Shown here piece after piece: positions 57,965 to 64,000 of a DNA stretch of 64,000 nucleotides. A program made the translations under genes and the position numbers. The notes under the pieces are model-generated. The model saw nothing but the letters and a program-made list of their open reading frames with translations, ran no database searches and was not told the DNA's origin. Origin of the DNA: a virus; the IMG/VR virus record IMGVR_UViG_3300025598_000020. The stretch is one strand, 5' to 3'. Every line of letters begins with the position of its first letter. The first letter of the stretch is position 1.

Positions 57965-58261
57965 TTATTCTTCAATTGTAAGACCGACTTGCTTAACAGA
58001 TTCCCACTTGAATGCCCGCCATCCTTGTGCTTCAACATCAAACACAGCCAATGATGTATTGGATGTTTGGCGAACCTCAGACACTTCGGTTGCTTCTTTT
58101 TGGATTTGTGGTAGTTGTTCACCGTTTAGTGTGCATTTCATCACACGTTCATCACCATTCTTTTTTGTGAAGGTAATAGTAACAACACCTTCACGCAAAT
58201 GGCCCTTCAACCATTCTTGGAATTCTGGATCAGTACCAACAATTTCTTTCACTTCACTCAT
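57965..58261 (-). CDS. WYL_2/DUF2693-like SH3-fold protein
   Basis: V..TF.K.NG.ER.M.CTL...VFD.E..GWR.F. Confidence 0.75.
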   Translation of the reverse strand: MSEVKEIVGTDPEFQEWLKGHLREGVVTITFTKKNGDERVMKCTLNGEQLPQIQKEATEVSEVRQTSNTSLAVFDVEAQGWRAFKWESVKQVGLTIEE

Positions 58262-58276
58262 AATATAACTCCCGTT

Positions 58277-58534
58277 TCACTTCTTCAATGTAAACTTACT
58301 TAAATACTCCCTAGCATCAGGGAAATCATCAACTTCAAAATCATCCTGTGACACATACTCATAGATTCTATTCTCATACATTTCAGAGTTTTTGGCAACC
58401 TCTTCCTTGTGTCGGTTCAACAATTCTGCCGCATATAACATATCATCTTCTGAAGCCTGTGATAGAAACCTCATTAGACCAACCTTACCAAGGCTTAACA
58501 AGAATCGGAGGTTTCGTTTATCGTGTTCGTTCAT
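58277..58534 (-). CDS. Hypothetical protein
   Basis: ORF track. Confidence 0.6.
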   Translation of the reverse strand: MNEHDKRNLRFLLSLGKVGLMRFLSQASEDDMLYAAELLNRHKEEVAKNSEMYENRIYEYVSQDDFEVDDFPDAREYLSKFTLKK

Positions 58535-58755
58535 TTTAGTGATAGTTTTAAGAATTTAATGATATCGTGTTTGGAGCCATCGGCCATACTCTTGTCAAAT
58601 GTTGTGTAGCAATTATGTATTGGTGCTGCTTGTACCATCTTAATACATTCATCAATCAATAGTTCGGCAAACTTTTGAAAATTATCCCCTTGAATGTGCA
58701 GGTCTTTTTCGGAAAATTCAGCCTGTCCGGCAAGTTCTTTAATACGTTCATTCAT
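58531..58755 (-). CDS. MNERI-family mini-protein
   Basis: MNERIKELAGQA / KFAELLIDEC. Confidence 0.75.
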   Translation of the reverse strand: MNERIKELAGQAEFSEKDLHIQGDNFQKFAELLIDECIKMVQAAPIHNCYTTFDKSMADGSKHDIIKFLKLSLK

Positions 58756-59362
58756 AGTCTTGTCTCAAGTCGGGGTCAATCAACTGACCTTTCATCAAAT
58801 AAAGTGGTGATTTACGGTATATCATAACATCATGGAACGGGTCTGTCAAGATTTTTATTACCCATGTGATGGCAGTCTCAAAGTTTTCTTTGACCATCAA
58901 CTGTACCGACCTAAATGCAACACCTAGGATACCCAACCACAACCAACCCATACCCACACGGTTAAAGAATGTTTCTGTATCTTGCTGTGGCACCAATAGG
59001 TTCATTGTGGTTGCATCAAAGTATGCTAACAAGGGCACTGCCAACCAACAGGACAATAGAATACGCTTGCGGTTCAAATTAAAGCCAACTTTAATATCTT
59101 CTTTGTGATTAAAGGTTGCTTTATTGTATTCATCATATCCCTTTGGTTCAAAGAAGAAATGGCCTGCTTGTCGTGTCATCATAGCAATCAACCATGCAAT
59201 GTATGATGATACAACAGGATCAATGAACAAATAAACATATGCAACTAGAAACGAACATGCAGATATCAAATGTAAGAATTGGTTGATTCGGCTGTGATGG
59301 TAATACCTATGGTCATCCCATCTTTGTGTTCTTAATGTTTCTAGTATGTTCATGCTACCCAT
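58748..59362 (-). CDS. Mpo1/DUF962-like membrane protein
   Basis: RWDDHRYYHH.RINQ.LH and RQ.GHFFFE motifs; several TM helices. Confidence 0.65.
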   Translation of the reverse strand: MGSMNILETLRTQRWDDHRYYHHSRINQFLHLISACSFLVAYVYLFIDPVVSSYIAWLIAMMTRQAGHFFFEPKGYDEYNKATFNHKEDIKVGFNLNRKRILLSCWLAVPLLAYFDATTMNLLVPQQDTETFFNRVGMGWLWLGILGVAFRSVQLMVKENFETAITWVIKILTDPFHDVMIYRKSPLYLMKGQLIDPDLRQDYE

Positions 59363-59496
59363 CCTTGTATAATTTCCATTGCCGTTTGCACAACATCCAT
59401 ATCAATTTTCAGTCTATGGGCAATTTCATAAACCGAGAGATGTAAATCCATCAACTCTTTGATTTGCAAAAGCATTGGCTTATACATGAATGTTCC

Positions 59497-59706
59497 TTAA
59501 AGTGGTTTCTTATTTATTGCAATGTAATCGGTCAACCTATCAATACGTGCTTGGTTGTACCGCACCATTGCATCAGCATATTCACGACTGGTGAATGCCT
59601 TTAGAATATCTACTTTTGCTTCTTCAAGTTCACGTTCAGCCATTTCCAATGCGGTTGGTCCTGCTGTGAGGCCATCAACAAATTTACTGAGAACCTTCAA
59701 CCTCAT
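59497..59706 (-). CDS. Hypothetical protein
   Basis: P...E.A.REL.EA...EYA..MV.Y...RI.RL pattern. Confidence 0.6.
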   Translation of the reverse strand: MRLKVLSKFVDGLTAGPTALEMAERELEEAKVDILKAFTSREYADAMVRYNQARIDRLTDYIAINKKPL

Positions 59707-60044
59707 ACTGTTTCCAATTCTTCAGTTACAATTTCAGGAACATTTTCATTCTTATTCACAGATTCAACAACCTTACGTCCAACATAACGACCATCCGCAT
59801 TAAACTCTTGTGCGTTCATCAACTGATAAGCCTTGACCTTACGGCCATCTTTATGTACCTTGATAACACCACCGTCCAATCGGATGTTATAGATGTTGGT
59901 GGAAATTCTATAACCAACCTTTTCCTGGTCTGTACCTTGAAGACACTGTAAAATTTCTTCTGGTGTGGTAGGGTTTCCACTCAATAAAATTTGAGTAATT
60001 CGTTCATGACGGTTAATCTTACCACTGCGTTTTGCTCGTACCAT
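59703..60044 (-). CDS. Putative winged-helix DNA-binding protein
   Basis: GGAG RBS; basic helical region followed by a beta hairpin. Confidence 0.5.
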   Translation of the reverse strand: MVRAKRSGKINRHERITQILLSGNPTTPEEILQCLQGTDQEKVGYRISTNIYNIRLDGGVIKVHKDGRKVKAYQLMNAQEFNADGRYVGRKVVESVNKNENVPEIVTEELETV

Positions 60045-60070
60045 AATAACTCCATAATATAAAATTAAAA

Positions 60071-60751
60071 TTAAGACTTTTGAATCAACTTACACTTATC
60101 AAAATGCCAAGTCATCATAGGTCCATTTCTTCCCTCTTTTTTGCAATGAGGACAAACCAACTTAGGTAAACTATTCAAATGACTTTTTAGTCTTTCTTTA
60201 TGATTATCCGATTTACTTTTACCTTTGTTGGATTTACTCATATTTTCCTTCCAAGAGTCCGGTAAAGACTTTCCTTTATTCGGTCCGGGTTTACCAATCA
60301 TTGCTTTTCTTTTTTTCTCGGAGGATTCAGCACTCATAACTTTACCTGTATTAACAATTCTCAGTTTTTCTATGTGTGTCTGGGATTTTTTAATACCTTT
60401 GTTGAGTACACCAAATTTATTTCCTTCTTCAAAAAGTTTTCTTTTAGATTTGTGTTCATCACTTTGAGTATAACCGGAGGATCCCTCGCCACCATCCGTT
60501 TTGTTCTCCAAAATACCGGTGTTATTGTCTAATCTTCCATACCAACGAATATATCTTCTTTCTAAAGCAAAAGATCCAATTTCGCTTAAATTTTTTTCAA
60601 GAATGACAATGTGTTTTTTATCTGGCACAAAAACACTGTGTCGTTTATCACACATCCGGTTATCTTTACCTTTTCCAATGTAATAGGGTTTTCCATTTGG
60701 CCTCAAATATGCATAAACATAAAACACAAAATTGTCTTTATAAATAGACAT
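60071..60751 (-). CDS. Free-standing GIY-YIG homing endonuclease (NUMOD3 repeats)
   Basis: FYVYAYLR..G.PYYIGKG, E...I..YGR, L.N.TDGGEG, C-terminal CPHC..HF..C. Confidence 0.85.
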   Translation of the reverse strand: MSIYKDNFVFYVYAYLRPNGKPYYIGKGKDNRMCDKRHSVFVPDKKHIVILEKNLSEIGSFALERRYIRWYGRLDNNTGILENKTDGGEGSSGYTQSDEHKSKRKLFEEGNKFGVLNKGIKKSQTHIEKLRIVNTGKVMSAESSEKKRKAMIGKPGPNKGKSLPDSWKENMSKSNKGKSKSDNHKERLKSHLNSLPKLVCPHCKKEGRNGPMMTWHFDKCKLIQKS

Positions 60752-60820
60752 GCTGATAGTTCCTTATAAACTGTTAGAGTAGGTGGGCCTGTGGTGGGTG
60801 GCGACCTACACTTATTTATA
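60752..60820 (-). promoter_or_regulatory. Late promoter plus structured leader (copy 2)
   Basis: Same scaffold as 39549..39615. Confidence 0.8.
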
Positions 60821-60833
60821 AGAAATTATAACA

Positions 60834-62003
60834 TCAAAATGGAATTTCTTGGTCTGCTTTAGGTGCTTCAACAACAGGTGCTTCAGTTGCATTGACCTTG
60901 GCATCAATCTTTGAATACAAATCCAGAAAGGCCGTTTTTGTTTCTTCTTCAAAACGGTTTACGCACAAAGTGATTGCTTTCATTTTGTCCTTAAAGATTT
61001 CATAAGCCTTGGCGATATGCACCAAACGGCGAGTGGAGATAATTTCATCAATAGCACCTTCGGCATATGATTTTCTGACCACCTCGGCCCACATAACTAA
61101 ACACTTAACAAAATCTTGGTCATCAATCAGAGGTGATAGTATTTTTGTTTCGGTTTTTGCATCAGGATATTCTTGTTCAACAGTAATAGGGAACCGTTCC
61201 AAGAATGCTGAATCCAAAATCTGTGCAAGGTACTTACCTTCATCAGAACCAATACCTTTGGTGTTGGCGGTAGCAATGATATTGAAACCAGGTTTAGCCA
61301 CAATCAACTCACCAGATTTCTTATTGTAATAAGGTTTACCCTCTAAAATACCTTGCAAACACATCAATTTTGAACTACCACGATCCACTTCATCAATTAG
61401 CAAAATTGCACCACGCTTCATGGCGATAATTACTGGACCATCACGATTGACCACATTACCGTTAACAAGAGTAGGACCACCCAAAAGGTCGGATTCATCT
61501 GTCTCAATTGAAATATTTACCCGAATACATTCACGAGACAACTCGGCCGCCACTTGTTCAACCATTAAGGTTTTACCATTGCCGCTGTGTCCTGTAATGA
61601 ACACAGGATAAAACATATTAGATTTAACGATATTACGCAAGTCTTTAAAAAATCCAAATGGAACATAATCGGGATACTTTACAGGGATTGAGGTATCGGA
61701 ATCATCTTGCAACTTAGGTTGGCGCAGGACCATAACTTGTGCAAGGTCAACTTCTGCCAGTTCAGGTTCTGCTACCTTGATAGCATTAGGCAACTCAGAA
61801 GCAGGCAACATCGGCACTTGGTAAGCACCACGACCAGCACGGTGTTCGGCTTTAGAGGTCAACCAGAATGGATAGGGCAGGTTTGCTTCTTCAACCAAAT
61901 CACTAATCTGGTCACGGGTTAAAGTTGCAGACACACCATACTTGCGTTCAGATGCCGCAATAAAGGCTTTTTGGTTCTTGTTCATCAAATTCTCCATAAT
62001 CAA
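60834..62003 (-). CDS. CobS/MoxR-like AAA+ ATPase
   Basis: G.SGNGKT, R.NI..ETDE.DL.GG, LLIDE.D, LQGILEG, ATANTKG, AFLERF, ISTRRL. Confidence 0.85.
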   Translation of the reverse strand: MIMENLMNKNQKAFIAASERKYGVSATLTRDQISDLVEEANLPYPFWLTSKAEHRAGRGAYQVPMLPASELPNAIKVAEPELAEVDLAQVMVLRQPKLQDDSDTSIPVKYPDYVPFGFFKDLRNIVKSNMFYPVFITGHSGNGKTLMVEQVAAELSRECIRVNISIETDESDLLGGPTLVNGNVVNRDGPVIIAMKRGAILLIDEVDRGSSKLMCLQGILEGKPYYNKKSGELIVAKPGFNIIATANTKGIGSDEGKYLAQILDSAFLERFPITVEQEYPDAKTETKILSPLIDDQDFVKCLVMWAEVVRKSYAEGAIDEIISTRRLVHIAKAYEIFKDKMKAITLCVNRFEEETKTAFLDLYSKIDAKVNATEAPVVEAPKADQEIPF

Positions 62004-62290
62004 TAAGGCACGTTGTTGGCGCTGGGGTTGTTGAGGCTATCTAACAACGCTTGCACATCTTCTACCGGTATAGTCAAAACAGCCGCAATATCGTCTGAAT
62101 CATAACCGTTTTCATACATATCTACAATTTCATTGAACAAATCTTTCGTTCTTCCCATCACAAACTCCTAAAAAGTGATGCAATTCTAACATAGGTTTTG
62201 GTAATTGGCAACCATTCATTTATACCGAAACATTTGGTTGCCAAGGACATTTTCTGTGATAGAGTCATCGGTGTTCCGTATGATGTAGAA

Positions 62291-62566
62291 TTAATACCAG
62301 GACCTATGTGTTTCATGGATTTCTTCTCTACCATCATATTCATGGATATACCAAGAGGTTCCATCTGGAATTTCCACCACTCTCAATTCAGAGTAACGAG
62401 TATTGGCTTCTTGGCCAAGTTCTTCAACCACTTGAACCAATACAATATCATCTCGTGTAATATCATTTTGATATTTAACGTTTTTACCTGTCAATGCATT
62501 GTAACGGTCATATACGGCTTGGCTTAAACCAAAACCACCAAAACAAACATTGATTACTACTTTCAT
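62291..62566 (-). CDS. Conserved phage hypothetical protein
   Basis: MKVVIN.C.GGFGLS, R.D..LV.VVEELG, EYDG.E. Confidence 0.75.
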   Translation of the reverse strand: MKVVINVCFGGFGLSQAVYDRYNALTGKNVKYQNDITRDDIVLVQVVEELGQEANTRYSELRVVEIPDGTSWYIHEYDGREEIHETHRSWY

Positions 62567-62802
62567 TCTTCAACTCCGAAATGTTCTTTAATATACGCGG
62601 CGGCCTTTAGTTGCCCGGCATACAGTTCATCATTCATACCACGATTATAGCATTGATCCAAACACTCTTTCACAATCAACTCAGTAAAATCTTCTAAGTA
62701 TTTTGTCAAGTCCGCATCTTCTCGATGGCAACTTAGCAGTTTACCTTTATGTTCGCTAACTAACCATGATTTAATAGCAAGTTCTTTAATTCGTCGGTTC
62801 AT
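62563..62802 (-). CDS. MNERI-family mini-protein
   Basis: MNRRIKELA / F.ELIVKEC / EHFGVEE. Confidence 0.75.
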   Translation of the reverse strand: MNRRIKELAIKSWLVSEHKGKLLSCHREDADLTKYLEDFTELIVKECLDQCYNRGMNDELYAGQLKAAAYIKEHFGVEE

Positions 62803-62974
62803 CTTTTGTTTTCTTAATGAATAGTTGCGTACCAGCAGGAAGATTCTTAAACATCATAGGCACAGTTCGTTCGTCAGATTGATTGGTATGGACTGTATGC
62901 CCGTCCCATAATTGTCTAACTTCAGGAAACTTTTCTGTTCCTATCACTCCTGCTATTTCAAATTCTTCGTTCAT
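62786..62974 (-). CDS. Duplicated 62-aa mini-protein (copy 2)
   Basis: Near-identical to 63630..63818. Confidence 0.7.
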   Translation of the reverse strand: MNEEFEIAGVIGTEKFPEVRQLWDGHTVHTNQSDERTVPMMFKNLPAGTQLFIKKTKDEPTN

Positions 62975-63210
62975 TCTTCAACTCCGAAATGTTCTCTAAT
63001 CTCTACCGCACAATCCTGTCTGCCTGACTTAGCTTCAATGCTATCCTCGCCATCCACATCTTGACAAATAGCGGCACATTCTCGCACAATCAACTCGGCG
63101 AACTTTTCAAAATCATCTTCTGCAAATTTGACAAAGTTCGTACTTCCAGCAAATCCTTCATAAAATTCTCCACCAGCCTGTTCGGCAAGTTCTTTAATTC
63201 GTTCGTTCAT
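62971..63210 (-). CDS. MNERI-family mini-protein
   Basis: MNERIKELAEQAG / KFAELIVREC / EHFGVEE. Confidence 0.75.
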   Translation of the reverse strand: MNERIKELAEQAGGEFYEGFAGSTNFVKFAEDDFEKFAELIVRECAAICQDVDGEDSIEAKSGRQDCAVEIREHFGVEE

Positions 63211-63407
63211 TCTTTACTTTCCCAAGCCCAATGAACAACTATCCAATCTTGTAAACAATCTTCAGCAGAATAACATTCATCCACTTTTTCTTTACCAAAT
63301 TCTCTACACATTGCGGCATACCAATAATCCCAATAGGATTTGTGAATTTCCACTTCAGATAATGTTGTTAAATTGTCAACACCATCCCAAAAACTATAGT
63401 ACCTCAT
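63207..63407 (-). CDS. Small hypothetical protein
   Basis: YW.YW...M and CL.DW.VVHWAW; ATGA-coupled on both sides. Confidence 0.65.
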   Translation of the reverse strand: MRYYSFWDGVDNLTTLSEVEIHKSYWDYWYAAMCREFGKEKVDECYSAEDCLQDWIVVHWAWESKE

Positions 63408-63646
63408 TTTTTAATCCCAAAGGTTCTTTCAATCTCATCCATACAACTCAACACGACTTGCTGTTGAGTCGGTGGTACAAAATGCCTAATCTCATTTGCT
63501 CTGCTACAAGCCTCTACACATTCCTTAACAATCAACTCGGCGAATTTTTCTACCTTGTCTTTAGTAAGATTGAAATATAAAGAGTAATCTTTGCCAATTT
63601 CATCAAAACAAGCCTGTTCAGCAAGTTGTCTAATTCGTTCGTTCAT
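63404..63646 (-). CDS. MNERI-family mini-protein
   Basis: MNERIRQLAEQA / KFAELIVKEC / FGIKK. Confidence 0.75.
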   Translation of the reverse strand: MNERIRQLAEQACFDEIGKDYSLYFNLTKDKVEKFAELIVKECVEACSRANEIRHFVPPTQQQVVLSCMDEIERTFGIKK

Positions 63647-63818
63647 CTTTTACTTTCTTAATGAATAGTTGCGTACCAGCAGGAAGATTCTTAAACATCA
63701 TAGGCACAGTTCGTTCGTCAGATTGATCAGTATAGACTGTATGCCCGTTCCATAATTGTCTAACTTCGGGAAACTTTTCTGTTCCTATCACTCCTGCTAT
63801 TTCAAATTCTTCGTTCAT
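63630..63818 (-). CDS. Duplicated 62-aa mini-protein (copy 1)
   Basis: Near-identical to 62786..62974. Confidence 0.7.
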   Translation of the reverse strand: MNEEFEIAGVIGTEKFPEVRQLWNGHTVYTDQSDERTVPMMFKNLPAGTQLFIKKVKDERTN

Positions 63819-64000
63819 TCTTCAACTCCAAAATGTTTTTCAATTCTTCGTTTAACGGCATGAGCAGTATGAATTGGTTCGACAGGATTATGATTGTTCT
63901 TTCCAACCCATACGGCACAATCAATACATTCTTTCACAATTAACTCGGCGAACTTTTCCATTTCATTTAATGTAACAGTTCTTTGTGGTGATAGATCTGG
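63815..64000 (-). CDS. MNERI-family mini-protein, partial (start beyond window)
   Basis: Reads ...PDLSPQRTVTLNEMEKFAELIVKECIDCAVWVGKNNHNPVEPIHTAHAVKRRIEKHFGVEE*. Confidence 0.75.
   Translation of the reverse strand, partial: PDLSPQRTVTLNEMEKFAELIVKECIDCAVWVGKNNHNPVEPIHTAHAVKRRIEKHFGVEE

Noticed and set aside
1-64000. Stop-codon reassignment
   Set aside because: Core genes are full length under the standard code and gene density is high.

Overview
This window is part of an AT-rich, T4-like (myovirus) phage genome with a Gram-negative host, possibly betaproteobacterial judging from the tmRNA tag (inference). Bases 1-31.8 kb (minus strand) hold repeat-rich tail/fibre genes and a baseplate module: VrlC-like, gp8, gp7, gp6, gp25, split gp5, hub, gp53 and gp48. 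Bases 31.8-38 kb (plus strand) encode gp4, gp2, gp54, gp26, gp51 and two paralogous tape-measure-like proteins. Bases 38-64 kb (minus strand) carry gp32, gp59, gp33 and a large accessory region: two GIY-YIG endonucleases, an OM beta-barrel, a cell-wall hydrolase, 2OG-Fe(II) oxygenases, PhoH, homospermidine synthase, a metallophosphoesterase, a CobS-like ATPase and many small ORFs. Five signals stand out and are not explained by the ORF track. (1) A circularly permuted two-piece tmRNA gene with tag ANDEKFALAA. (2) A family of 'MNERIKELAEQA' mini-genes built from three conserved DNA motifs and variable segments, with direct evidence of half-gene exchange. (3) A conserved structured leader with a fixed-length 18-nt variable insert ahead of both GIY-YIG genes. 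(4) A probable -1 frameshift joining gp26 to gp51. (5) A late-expressed homospermidine synthase with a capsid-targeting-like N-terminus. All protein calls come from motif and synteny recognition by eye, with no database searches.
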